Shown here: piece by piece, positions 27,957 to 40,021 of the stretch | Layout: every line of letters starts with the position of its first letter | How positions within the stretch are numbered: the first letter of the stretch is position 1 | Assembly (NCBI GenBank): GCA_965223265.1 | Contig: OZ244999.1 | Location: 6,496,001-6,560,000, forward strand | Length of the DNA stretch: 64,000 bases | Reading direction: 5' to 3' | Source: Planctomycetota bacterium | GTDB taxonomy: Bacteria > Planctomycetota > UBA8108 > SXIK01 | The notes under the pieces: generated by a model | Database searches by the model: none | What the model was told of the DNA's origin: nothing | Seen by the model: only the letters and a program-made list of their open reading frames with translations | Program-made: the position numbers and the translations under genes

Positions 27957-29342
27957 TCAACCCGCTGTTCCGAAAAAAAGCTGCATCTGGCCGCGTAGCC
28001 ATTCAATGTGTCGGCTCGTAGATCCGCGGAGCTTTCGGCACGTTTCGAGAGCGCGTTGACCGAGCGCTTCTCGCTCCGCCGGAGCGCTCAACAGACGGCG
28101 GATCGCACCATCAAGGTGATCGAGGTCAGGCACCTGAATCACCGCGTCCGCCGCGGCGAGGCAGTCTCGTTCTGCGGCGAAATTGCCTGTGGATGGACCC
28201 AGGACAACCGGGCGGCCAATCCGGGCAGCCTCGAGCATGTTGTGACCACCATGCGGCACGAAGGTGCCTCCGATAATGACGACATCGGCGAGGTAGTAGA
28301 AAATGTCGAGCACTCCGAGCACGTCGACGACCAACACCCCCGTGCCAACCGCCTCCACAGAGCCGCGCTGAAGCGCCTCAACAATGTTGCTGTAGCGTAC
28401 GGCCGAAGTCGCCAGACCCCAGTTCTCAACCTCGTTGGCAACTTGCAGTCTCTCAACATGTCGTGGTGCCAAAACCAGCCGCACACCCGGCAGATCGGCC
28501 CGCCACTGCTCGTAGAGCCGCGCCAACGCGGTTTCCTCGCCAGGGTGCGTGCAGCCCGCGACGATCACGAGCTGTTGGCCTCGATTCCAACCGAGACTGG
28601 CGCGCAGCGGCTCGCCGTCAGCGGCGCTGGGAGACGGCTCAACGTCGTGCTTCAGGTTGCCGAGGGTCTCGATGCGCCCCGGGTCGACGCCCAAGCGAAG
28701 AAAGCGTTCACGATACTCATCCGACTGCACCGAAATCGCTGTCGGCAGAGCGAACAACCCGCGCGCCAAAGGGCCAACCTGCAAGTAACGGCGCGCAGAG
28801 CGCTCCGATAGGCGACCGTTCACAACGCCAACAAACACTCCATGGGCGGCTGCAGTGAGCAAGAAACCTGGCCACAGCTCGAGCTCGACGAGAAGGATCA
28901 GAGCCGGTCGGCGACGTCGAAACGCAAGCGACAGACATGGACCGAAGTCGATCGGCGCGTAGAACACCCGCCGTGGGTCGAGCCGTCGACGGGCGATCTC
29001 GAAACCCGTCGTCGTCGAAACCGAAACACAAAAGTCCCACTGGGGGAAAGCGTCTTCGAGGACTCCGACCAGCTGAGCGGCCACACCGACCTCGCCGACC
29101 GACACGGCATGAATCCACATTTCAGGTCGCGTGCCGCGACGCCGCGGGACGAAGCCGAACTTGTGCAACCAGTTGCCGCGATACTTTCGGCGCGTGAAGA
29201 AGCGAGAAATCAGTAGGAAGCCAGCTACCGCGAACGGCGACAGCAGCAAGTACACGCAGTCGAGCGCACATCTAGCGACGAGGAACCTAGATCGGCGGCG
29301 AGTCGATGCTCCCGACGAGGTTTCAGCGGCGGAAGACGTCAC
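27957..29342 (-). CDS. waaA: 3-deoxy-D-manno-octulosonate (Kdo) transferase
   Basis: WIHAVSVGE, ELELWP, NGRLSERS, GNLK, APRH, GGHNMLEAA. Confidence 0.92.
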   Translation of the reverse strand: MTSSAAETSSGASTRRRSRFLVARCALDCVYLLLSPFAVAGFLLISRFFTRRKYRGNWLHKFGFVPRRRGTRPEMWIHAVSVGEVGVAAQLVGVLEDAFPQWDFCVSVSTTTGFEIARRRLDPRRVFYAPIDFGPCLSLAFRRRRPALILLVELELWPGFLLTAAAHGVFVGVVNGRLSERSARRYLQVGPLARGLFALPTAISVQSDEYRERFLRLGVDPGRIETLGNLKHDVEPSPSAADGEPLRASLGWNRGQQLVIVAGCTHPGEETALARLYEQWRADLPGVRLVLAPRHVERLQVANEVENWGLATSAVRYSNIVEALQRGSVEAVGTGVLVVDVLGVLDIFYYLADVVIIGGTFVPHGGHNMLEAARIGRPVVLGPSTGNFAAERDCLAAADAVIQVPDLDHLDGAIRRLLSAPAEREALGQRALETCRKLRGSTSRHIEWLRGQMQLFFGTAG

Positions 29343-29371
29343 GGTCTCAGCCTCGTCTTCACTTGCCCCCG

Positions 29372-32041
<2,670 letters not shown>

Positions 32042-32239
32042 TCCTGAAACGTCACCTCTTTAAGTATCGTCAGAATCGTGGCGGAGGAGCCGAGGAGGTT
32101 CGCGCAGGGCCAAGAGTGGCGGCACCTCTGCGCTTGCGGCTCGAAAAAAAGACTTTCGCGACGCACACTTTGCCCTAAATTATAGCCCCATCGACGCTGG
32201 GCTCCATAAGAATCGCAAGAGAGGGAACGGGAAGCAGCG

Positions 32240-33166
32240 ATGGCGACCCGCACAGCCAAATCAACTCCACGAGCGCTCCACGAGTGGATCGAGGAGTTCC
32301 TCTTCTGCCTGGAGGTCGAACGCGGTCTTTCCGACAACACCTGCGCGGCCTACCGTCGCGATTGCGAAGCTTTCGCGGCGTCGCTGCCTGCGCACCTTTG
32401 CGTCTCGCCAGATCTCATAGGGGAGCCGCACCTGTTCCAATTCATCGTCGGCGAACGGGAGAGAGGACAACATGTCCTTTCCATCCGCCGCTCAGTTTCG
32501 GCTCTGAAGACGTTCTTTCGCTATTTGCTGGCGCACGGTGCGATCGAAGACACCCCGGCACGCCACCTAGACGCACCACGGCTCGGGTTCCATCTGCCGA
32601 GCGTGCTCAGTGTCGATGAAGTCGACCGCCTGATCGAGGCGACCGAGCAGTTCCCCTCTCGTTATCCCCGCCGCGACCGGGCGCTACTGGAACTCCTCTA
32701 TGCCTCCGGGCTTCGTGTCGGCGAGCTGACGTCGCTGGAAGTCGATAGCATTCACTTTCGCCTCGGCGTAATTCGATGCCTGGGCAAGGGGTCAAGGGAA
32801 CGCATCGTGCCGGTCAGCAAGCGCGCCCTCCGCACCGTAGAAGAATATCTCTTCGAAGAGCGGCCGAAGCTCACGCGGCACCACCCCAGCGAAACACTTT
32901 TTCTGTCGCGGAGCGGTCGTGCGCTCGGTCGTGAAGTCGTTCGGGCGCTGGTCCAGAAAAACGCGCGGCTCGCCGGCATTCAGCGCGACGTAACACCGCA
33001 CACGCTGCGGCATTCACTGGCGACGCATCTGATCCAAGGCGGCGCGGATTTGCGTATCGTGCAGGAAATCCTCGGTCATGTTCGCGTCGAGACGACGGAG
33101 ATCTACACGCACTTAGACCGCGCGGACCTCAAGAAAGCGCATCGACGGTTCCACCCACGAGCTTAG
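32240..33166 (+). CDS. xerD: Tyrosine recombinase XerD/XerC
   Basis: RDRALLELLYASGLRVGEL, GKGSRERIVP, TPHTLRHSLATHL, LGH..TTEIYTH, C-terminal HPRA. Confidence 0.85.
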   Translation: MATRTAKSTPRALHEWIEEFLFCLEVERGLSDNTCAAYRRDCEAFAASLPAHLCVSPDLIGEPHLFQFIVGERERGQHVLSIRRSVSALKTFFRYLLAHGAIEDTPARHLDAPRLGFHLPSVLSVDEVDRLIEATEQFPSRYPRRDRALLELLYASGLRVGELTSLEVDSIHFRLGVIRCLGKGSRERIVPVSKRALRTVEEYLFEERPKLTRHHPSETLFLSRSGRALGREVVRALVQKNARLAGIQRDVTPHTLRHSLATHLIQGGADLRIVQEILGHVRVETTEIYTHLDRADLKKAHRRFHPRA

Positions 33167-33243
33167 CTCGCGTGGAGCAGTCTCACCGTTCCTCCGCGAC
33201 CGAGCAGATACGCTCCTGACTCGAGGCTCAACGAAGGGCGGGC

Positions 33244-33930
33244 TCAGACCCTGTCGTATTTCAGCATCGTGTAGCCGAGGCGGATGAAGTCGCCTTCCTT
33301 GAGGACGGTCTTCTTGATGCGGTCGCCGTTGACTACGGTCCCGTTGGCACTCTCGAGGTCCGTAATGATGTGTTGGTCGCGGACGGCTTCGATGACGCAG
33401 TGGTCACGCGAGACCTTGCCGTCACACAATCGAAGATCCGACGTGACGCTGCGGCCGATCTTGAAGTGCTCCTTCCCTTTGAGAGAAAAGCGCTTGCCCT
33501 GATCGTCGCCGTCGATGACCACCAGCGCCGGCTGGGAGGCTCGGGTCTTCGTCAGCACGCCACCGTTAAACGCCTGCGCATCGGTCTCGTTGGAATCCGG
33601 AGCTGACGAAGCCAAGCGCCCAGGAGTCTCTTCGTCGACGAGCTCGAAGCTGATCGCCACGTCGCCCGCTTGGATCGTGTCGCCGTCTTGCAGGTCCACC
33701 TTGTCGACAGAATCGCCGTTGACTTGCGTACCGCTCTTCGTCCCCAGATCGTAGATGCTGTACTGCTCACCACTGCGATAGACACGAAAGTGGCTAAACG
33801 CGACGGACTTGTCCTTAAGGTAGATGTGATTACCCTGCGACCTACCCGCCTCGAACACGCTCAGGTTCTTCAGAAGGATTGTCTTTCCTTCGTCAGCGCC
33901 CGCCGTGATGGTGAGACATGCGATATTCAT
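33244..33930 (-). CDS. Tandem (two-domain) FHA protein
   Basis: Two FHA-like units: GRS..VAFSH..DLGTKSGTQVNG..L.DGD and GRS..VSRDH..DLESANGTVVNG..L.EGD. Confidence 0.88.
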   Translation of the reverse strand: MNIACLTITAGADEGKTILLKNLSVFEAGRSQGNHIYLKDKSVAFSHFRVYRSGEQYSIYDLGTKSGTQVNGDSVDKVDLQDGDTIQAGDVAISFELVDEETPGRLASSAPDSNETDAQAFNGGVLTKTRASQPALVVIDGDDQGKRFSLKGKEHFKIGRSVTSDLRLCDGKVSRDHCVIEAVRDQHIITDLESANGTVVNGDRIKKTVLKEGDFIRLGYTMLKYDRV

Positions 33931-34123
33931 GTGTCCTGAGCGTCAAGCAACAGATCTGCAAGCGCGTGCTTCCAAACAAAGTGCCGCGGCGCACGCCTAA
34001 CCGTGGCTGAGAAGTGTAGCCCACTGACGAGCAGCTGGCAAATTGGTCCGAATACTCGGCACGCCGAGTGCAGAAGGCGCCCCATCACTCCTCAACTCGA
34101 CGTGAGAGCGTCGCGTCGTGAAC

Positions 34124-34161
34124 AAAAAAAAGGCCCGTTCCTGACGGGTAGGAACGGGCCT
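34124..34161 (-). terminator. Strong intrinsic terminator
   Basis: 12-bp stem AGGCCCGTTCCT/AGGAACGGGCCT with a 7-nt loop, followed by a T-run on the minus strand. Confidence 0.85.
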
Positions 34162-34300
34162 GTGGAACGTGGGTTGGGGGCGTTAGACTCTCCAACGCGT
34201 CACGCGTTCGCTATTTTCTACGGCCAAGAGGATGTTCCTGCTCGGCCGCCCACCAACGTTCAGCCTTCAGCGCTGGCCTGACGGCCAATCACGCGAAAGC
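34124..34300 (-). ncRNA. Candidate ~180-nt structured sRNA or attenuated leader
   Basis: Bounded by a promoter (34307-34335) and a terminator, contains several hairpins, and has no meaningful ORF. Confidence 0.5.
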
Positions 34301-34306
34301 CATCGA

Positions 34307-34335
34307 AGACTAAGACGAAACAGAAAAACCGTCAA
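34307..34335 (-). promoter_or_regulatory. Sigma70-type promoter
   Basis: TTGACG-17 bp-TAGTCT. Confidence 0.6.
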
Positions 34336-34433
34336 ACGCCAAAATTTGTCACCTCTACGGCCGCTGCTCCGCGTCGCGTCTCGCCCGTTTCAAATTCGTT
34401 CAAATAGGCGAGTATTCGCGGTTTCGCACGCCC

Positions 34434-35243
34434 TTGAGACACCTCCGTCCCGCAGATCCAGTGTCTCAGCCTTGGGCATCGAAAACTTTTTTGACCGCTA
34501 CTTTTGTCGCTGCCGGGGTTACAATCACGTTCATGATTGCTTTGAGCTTCTACGCCGTGGCTGTCATCTACTCGTTCGTAGGTTTGATGCTTTCGTGTAT
34601 CTACCTGTACAGCGAGCGTCTTCGAAGTGCCAAGTGGTTCCATTTGGTGACTCTGTTCGTCGTTTTCGTCGCCACATCTCTCGCCACTTCGGGAGCTTCG
34701 TCGGAGCACAACCAGTTGACCATCGACGAGTATGGTCGCGCTTTCTTCGTTTTCTCTGTGGCAATTCTCTTCTACGTTCCGGTACTCGTCTTCCTTGCGA
34801 TCCACTATTGGGACCTGCTGCTCAATCGCCTCTTCTTTCCGAGCGCCGAGCCGGAAGTGATTGAGCCACCGGCGACCATGAAGGAGTGGTGGCAGCTTCT
34901 CTACAGAACGCTCGACGTGCTGAAAGATCGTCCATCTGACGTACGCCTCCGGCTGCGGGTCGCTCATATCTATCAACAGCTCGGATACTACGATGCCGCT
35001 GCCTATGAGTTCCTGCGGGCCTCGGAGTGGCTTCCGCGCGGGTACTCGCATGGCCACGTCCTCTACAAGGCGGCCTATATCCTGGTAGAAAAACGGCACG
35101 AGGTGCCCCGCGCTTTGCCCGTCTTGCGTCGCTTGATCAGACTGTATCCGAAGAGCTATTTCGCTTCGTACGCACGGCGGATCGTCAACCGACACGAATC
35201 CCACGAACAGCCCAGTAACGGCCCTTCGTGGGATCTACGATAG
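34434..35243 (+). CDS. Membrane protein with C-terminal TPR-like helices
   Basis: About four hydrophobic segments, then RLRVAHIYQQLGYYDAAAYEF and LYKAAYIL..LIRLYPKSYFA. Start uncertain. Confidence 0.7.
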   Translation: MRHLRPADPVSQPWASKTFLTATFVAAGVTITFMIALSFYAVAVIYSFVGLMLSCIYLYSERLRSAKWFHLVTLFVVFVATSLATSGASSEHNQLTIDEYGRAFFVFSVAILFYVPVLVFLAIHYWDLLLNRLFFPSAEPEVIEPPATMKEWWQLLYRTLDVLKDRPSDVRLRLRVAHIYQQLGYYDAAAYEFLRASEWLPRGYSHGHVLYKAAYILVEKRHEVPRALPVLRRLIRLYPKSYFASYARRIVNRHESHEQPSNGPSWDLR

Positions 35244-35290
35244 CGCTGGGCGGGGTTTCTCAGCCGAATGACTTTTTTAACGGGCTGTCG

Positions 35291-36892
35291 TTAACCGACG
35301 CTCACCGCCTTCGCCCAGATGATCCCAGGCTGCTCAGCGAGCGCTTCCACGACGGCTGGTGTGACCTCCGTGTCGACGTTGAGGACGGCGAGCGCCCGCC
35401 CGCCGCTCTTGTCGCGGCCCAGACTCATGTAGCTGACGTTGACCGCCGCCGCCGCTAACTGCTGTCCGACCACGGCGATCATCCCCGGGCGATCCTCGTT
35501 CGCCGCAAGAATCATCTCGCCTTCGAGTACGGCGTCGAATTGATACTCGTCGAGGGTCACAAGGCGGACGCCGCTGCGGCCGCGAATCGTGCCCCCGAGC
35601 TCACGCGCTCCCCCACTGTCGGCGACTTCGACGCGAATCATGTTCACGAAATAGCGACTGCTGCCTTCGGAGCGCTCTTCGACCACGAGCCCTTGCTCCT
35701 TCGCGAGCGCGCGGACATTGATGAAATTGACGGGCTGAGCGGAGTGGCGGCCGATAAAACCTTCCAGCACGCTCCCCGTCAGGTAGCTCTGAATCCGATC
35801 GGTGAAGAACTGCCCGAAGAACTTGACGATCACTCTCTCCGGCTGCCCTTCGAGCAGCTGAGCGTGCAGACGTCCCATCTTGAGTGCCAGCTGACGATAC
35901 GGTTCGACATCTTTGGTGAGATCTGGGTCGAGCTGAATGGCGTTGACGGGACTGTGGAGCCGTCTCTCGCGTAGGAAATCGATCACCTGCTCCGCCGCCG
36001 TCATGGCGACGTTTTGCTGCGCCTCCCGAGTCGAGGCGCCGAGGTGAGGAGTTGCGACGACGTTCGGATGAGTCGCCAACGCCCACGAGGACGGAGGCTC
36101 TTCGGCGAACACGTCAAGCGCCGCGCCGCCGACCCGTCCTGACTCCAGGGCACGGTAGAGCGCATCCTCATCAACGATGCCGCCGCGCGCGCAGTTGATC
36201 AGGAGCAGTCCCTTCCTAGCGCGTGATAAAACTTCGTCACCAATCAAGCCGCGCGTCTGCGGACTGAGCGGAACGTGAATGGTCAAAATATCGACGTTCG
36301 CGACGAGCGTCTCGAGATCTTTGACAAGCGTAACGTTCAGCTGCTCGGCCAGCTGCGGGGAGACGAAAGGGTCGTAGATCTGCACGCGAAAGCCGAGGCC
36401 GAACGCCATGTCGACGACGTGTCGCCCAATTTTCCCGAGCCCGACGACCCCGAGCGTCTTGCCACGCACCTCCACTCCGAGGAACTTGCTGCGTTCCCAC
36501 AGGTGCTCTTTGATCGACTGATTCGCCGGCGCGACGTTGCGCGCCAGTGCCATCAGTAGAGCGATCGCGTGCTCCGCGGCGGAGCGGGTGTTTCCCTCAG
36601 GAACGTTTTGAACAACGATGCCTTTGCGCGTTGCCGCTTCTACGTCGATGTTATCGACGCCAACACCAGCGCGGACGATCAACTCGAGTGTATCGTTGCC
36701 CTCAAGGAGCTGCGCTGTGATCTTGGTCGCGCTGCGGATGATGACCGCTTGAGACTTCTGAAGCAGCGCTTTCTTGTCGCTCTCAGGCAACCCCGGCTCG
36801 TAGATCGTTTCAATCGACTCGCACTGCTGCAGCAGCTTGAGGGCATCTTCGCTGAATTTGTCAGCGATGAAGACGCATGGACGGTGGTTCAC
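35291..36892 (-). CDS. serA: D-3-phosphoglycerate dehydrogenase (with ASB/ACT domains)
   Basis: RAGVGVDNID, GKTLGVVGLGKIG, INCARGG, TPHLGAST, C-terminal DRPGMI ACT domain. The GTG start overlaps the fabF stop. Confidence 0.95.
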   Translation of the reverse strand: MNHRPCVFIADKFSEDALKLLQQCESIETIYEPGLPESDKKALLQKSQAVIIRSATKITAQLLEGNDTLELIVRAGVGVDNIDVEAATRKGIVVQNVPEGNTRSAAEHAIALLMALARNVAPANQSIKEHLWERSKFLGVEVRGKTLGVVGLGKIGRHVVDMAFGLGFRVQIYDPFVSPQLAEQLNVTLVKDLETLVANVDILTIHVPLSPQTRGLIGDEVLSRARKGLLLINCARGGIVDEDALYRALESGRVGGAALDVFAEEPPSSWALATHPNVVATPHLGASTREAQQNVAMTAAEQVIDFLRERRLHSPVNAIQLDPDLTKDVEPYRQLALKMGRLHAQLLEGQPERVIVKFFGQFFTDRIQSYLTGSVLEGFIGRHSAQPVNFINVRALAKEQGLVVEERSEGSSRYFVNMIRVEVADSGGARELGGTIRGRSGVRLVTLDEYQFDAVLEGEMILAANEDRPGMIAVVGQQLAAAAVNVSYMSLGRDKSGGRALAVLNVDTEVTPAVVEALAEQPGIIWAKAVSVG

Positions 36893-38139
36893 TGGGCTCC
36901 TTCCCAACGGCCGAACAGTGTCGTGACGTTATGTCCACCAAAACCGAAGGAGTTGCAGATGGCATACTCAATCCTGGCATCTCGCGGCTCATTTGGCACA
37001 TAGTCAAGATCACATTCGGGGTCAGGATGGATGGAGTTGATGGTCGGAGGCGCGACCTGGTGTTGAATCGCAAGCACCGTAACGACAGCCTCGACCGCTC
37101 CAGAAGCACCGAGGAGATGTCCCAACTGGGACTTCGTTGAGCTCACCGCGAGCTTCCGCGCGTGGTCGCCGAAGGTCGTGTGCAGAGCTCGAGTTTCCAT
37201 GACGTCGTTGAGCGGCGTGGACGTCCCATGGGCGTTGACATAATTGACGGCGTCAGGGGTAATCTCAGCGTCACGAATCGCCGCGCGCATCGCCTCCACC
37301 GCCTGAGCTCCATCCGGCAAGGGTGCTGAGATGTGATGTCCGTCGTCAGTCATTCCGACGCCCACGAGCTCAGCGTAGATTCGCGCACCGCGCTTCTGAG
37401 CGAACTCTGCGTCCTCGAGAACCAGGCCTCCTGCTCCTTCGCCGACGACAAAGCCATCGCGATCGATGTTGAAGGGTCGAGACGCCGTGAGCGGATCATC
37501 GTTACGCTCCGAAAGGGCTCGCAGGGCGCAGAATCCACCAACGCCCAAAGGTGTGATCGTTGCCTCGGAGCCGCCGCAGATCACAACGTCCGCTTCGCCA
37601 TTCTGGATCGTACGCAGCGCCAGACCAATTGCGTGCCCTCCGGAGGCGCAGGCTGACGCGACGGCGTAGTTGACGCCTTGGATACCAAAGCGGATCGCGA
37701 TCTGCCCCGCCGCGGCGTTCAGCATCAACTTAGGAATGAAAAACGGATTGATCCGTTTCGGACCACGTTCCATGACGACTTTGTGGGTCGACTCGATCTC
37801 TTCGAGCCCACCGATTCCGGAAGCCCACACACAACCGGTGCGACCTTTCTCGATGCTCGCCAAATCGAGTCCCGAGTCGTGGACTGCTTCGTCCGCCGCG
37901 CCGACCGCGTACAGGACAAACCGGTCCATGTGCCTCGCCTCTTTCTTGGAGAGGTACTTGAGCGGATCGAAGTCTTTGACCTCGGCGGCGAAATGAACGG
38001 CAAACTCGCTGTGGTCGAAACGCGTGATGGGGCCGACACCATTTCGAGAATTAACGACGCCGTCCCACAGATCGGGAACGCCACAGCCGATGGGCGTCAC
38101 CGCTCCAATTCCGGTCACTGCTACTCTTCGCTTACTCAT
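36889..38139 (-). CDS. fabF: 3-oxoacyl-ACP synthase II
   Basis: SACASG, NAHGTST, STKSQLGHLLGA, NSFGFGGHN. Confidence 0.97.
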   Translation of the reverse strand: MSKRRVAVTGIGAVTPIGCGVPDLWDGVVNSRNGVGPITRFDHSEFAVHFAAEVKDFDPLKYLSKKEARHMDRFVLYAVGAADEAVHDSGLDLASIEKGRTGCVWASGIGGLEEIESTHKVVMERGPKRINPFFIPKLMLNAAAGQIAIRFGIQGVNYAVASACASGGHAIGLALRTIQNGEADVVICGGSEATITPLGVGGFCALRALSERNDDPLTASRPFNIDRDGFVVGEGAGGLVLEDAEFAQKRGARIYAELVGVGMTDDGHHISAPLPDGAQAVEAMRAAIRDAEITPDAVNYVNAHGTSTPLNDVMETRALHTTFGDHARKLAVSSTKSQLGHLLGASGAVEAVVTVLAIQHQVAPPTINSIHPDPECDLDYVPNEPRDARIEYAICNSFGFGGHNVTTLFGRWEGAQ

Positions 38140-38396
38140 GGGTGCCGCTCTCTTCGCAACCGCTAGTCTTCCAGCATTGGCGGACAGAATTGACCATTCC
38201 AGCGCTCACAAGAAATGACGCCAAGAAACACCTTCGGCTCAGCGAAAAGCACGACATGAGCGACATTCAAGCCGCTACGGACGCACTCTCTGCCGTTCTT
38301 GCTCACCACTTGTTTGCAGGCGTTCGGGTTCATTTGCACCGCCATGCCTCTTCTTCACAGGCTTCGCCCGTGTCTTTCATCAGATGCCCCGCATGT

Positions 38397-38532
38397 CTCA
38401 TTAAATGCAGCTCATTCAAAGGCACCATTCATTCCAAAACGCCTCATTCCAAGGCGCCTCATTCAACAGCACCTCATACAAGAGCACCTCATACAAGAGC
38501 ACCTCATACAAGAGCACCTCATACAAGAGCAC
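38397..38532. repeat. 15-bp tandem repeat (VNTR)
   Basis: Four exact copies of CTCATACAAGAGCAC (38473-38532), preceded by about five progressively degenerate copies. Confidence 0.9.
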
Positions 38533-38901
38533 CGTGACGAGCATTCCGATGAAAAACGCAGGATAAGACCATCGAACACACACAGAGATAGTATAGACGT
38601 GAGCCCTCCGTTCCACACGCTGTCTGTCACAGGGCCCAAGCACTCCCGCCGAAGAACTGGACCAACTCCTCCGGTTCGAACTCTCGCCGGGCCGCTCCCG
38701 ACGGCCAAAGTGCCATTTTGACGTCCGTCAGCAGCACCACAATCAACCGAGAACGTCGGATCGGCGACCATCTCAGTCCGTCCAAGGGCAGCGCGAACAC
38801 GAAATGGCGACGAGAGAATCTCGCGACCGGCCGATCAAGTCCTCGGGACTATCTCCGGCGCGCTCAGTCCCCGGCGGCGCCATTTCGTGCCGCGTCGGCA
38901 C

Positions 38902-39153
38902 TCACGAAGAGGCATCCCCCTTGTTCTTCACGATGTAGTCGGTCGCTTCGCCAACGGTGCGGATCTTCTCCGCGTCCTCGTCGGGAATGCTCAGGTCGAA
39001 CTCCTCTTCGAGCTCCATGACGAGCTCCACGATGTCGAGAGAGTCGGCGCCGAGATCGTTGATGAAACTTGCCTCCGGCTTGACCTTCTCGCGCTCGACT
39101 TCAAGTTGACTCGCGACAATCGACGCGACACGTTCGGAAATATCTTCTGACAC
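38902..39153 (-). CDS. acpP: Acyl carrier protein
   Basis: [23 protein letters not shown] start with AGGAG RBS. Confidence 0.97.
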   Translation of the reverse strand: MSEDISERVASIVASQLEVEREKVKPEASFINDLGADSLDIVELVMELEEEFDLSIPDEDAEKIRTVGEATDYIVKNKGDASS

Positions 39154-39178
39154 GATCTTCGTACTCCTGAAAAGAACC

Positions 39179-39937
39179 TCAAGCGATTCCAAGTCCCCCA
39201 TCCACCCGGATCACTTCTCCAGTCACGTAACCCGCACCAGGACCGGCGAGAAACGCGACGACCTCCGCGACCTCAGCCGCACTCCCGAATCGCCCCAGCG
39301 GTATCTTACCCGCAAATGCCTCGACGACTCCTTCATCCATCGCAGCCGTCATTTCTGTCTCGATAAAACCTGGCGCCACGGCATTGACCGTGACCCCCCT
39401 TGTCGCCAGTTCCTTGGCGAGAGTGTAGGTGAAAGCGATCACTCCCCCTTTGGAGGCGGCGTAGTTCACTTGGCCAGGGTTTCCAACCATTCCGACGACA
39501 CTGGTGATATTGATGACACGTCCAGCGCGCTTCTTCAACATGTGACGCGCGGCGGCCTTGCTCAAATTGAAGACGCCCTTGAGATTAATCGCCAGCACCT
39601 CGTCCCACTCCTCCTCGGACATCCTCAGGATCAAGTTATCCCGCGTGATCCCGGCGTTGTTCACAAGAACGTCGAGGCGATCGAATTCCTTCAGGAACGC
39701 GTTCACGGTCTCGCCCACAGCCGCGAAATTGGCAACATCACACGCAAAGCAGCGAAACTGCTGCTGAGGGAAGTTAGTCGAAAGTTCGTTTGCCACTTCC
39801 TCGAGTGCAGAGGCGTTGCGAGAGACAAGGCCGACATTCGCCCCCTCCGCCGCAAGACGTTTGACTACGGCCTCTCCGATGCCGCGGGAGGCACCAGTCA
39901 CCAGCGCGTTTTGTCCGGTCAGACTCTTCGCTTCCAA
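39179..39937 (-). CDS. fabG: 3-oxoacyl-ACP reductase
   Basis: [30 protein letters not shown]. Confidence 0.96.
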   Translation of the reverse strand: MEAKSLTGQNALVTGASRGIGEAVVKRLAAEGANVGLVSRNASALEEVANELSTNFPQQQFRCFACDVANFAAVGETVNAFLKEFDRLDVLVNNAGITRDNLILRMSEEEWDEVLAINLKGVFNLSKAAARHMLKKRAGRVINITSVVGMVGNPGQVNYAASKGGVIAFTYTLAKELATRGVTVNAVAPGFIETEMTAAMDEGVVEAFAGKIPLGRFGSAAEVAEVVAFLAGPGAGYVTGEVIRVDGGLGIA

Positions 39938-40021
39938 ACGATCACTCCTCCGTTCGCCAGCCCGCAGGTCGCACTGGGGACGACTTCATTTTCCTCAAGG
40001 CGAGGGCCTTTCTCATGTAAC

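Noticed and set aside
32240-33166. Prophage or island integrase
   Set aside because: The sequence has XerD/XerC hallmarks including the HPRA end, the neighbours are housekeeping genes, and no att repeats or phage genes were seen.
38163-38345. 60-aa ORF just upstream of fabF
   Set aside because: No recognisable motif and poor RBS spacing, so it cannot be supported as a gene without homology or ribosome data.
38397-38532. CRISPR array
   Set aside because: The units are contiguous 15-mers with no unique spacers, and there are no cas genes in the window.
38671-38700. tRNA-like GGTTCGAA motif
   Set aside because: No T-stem pairing, acceptor stem or cloverleaf could be built around it.
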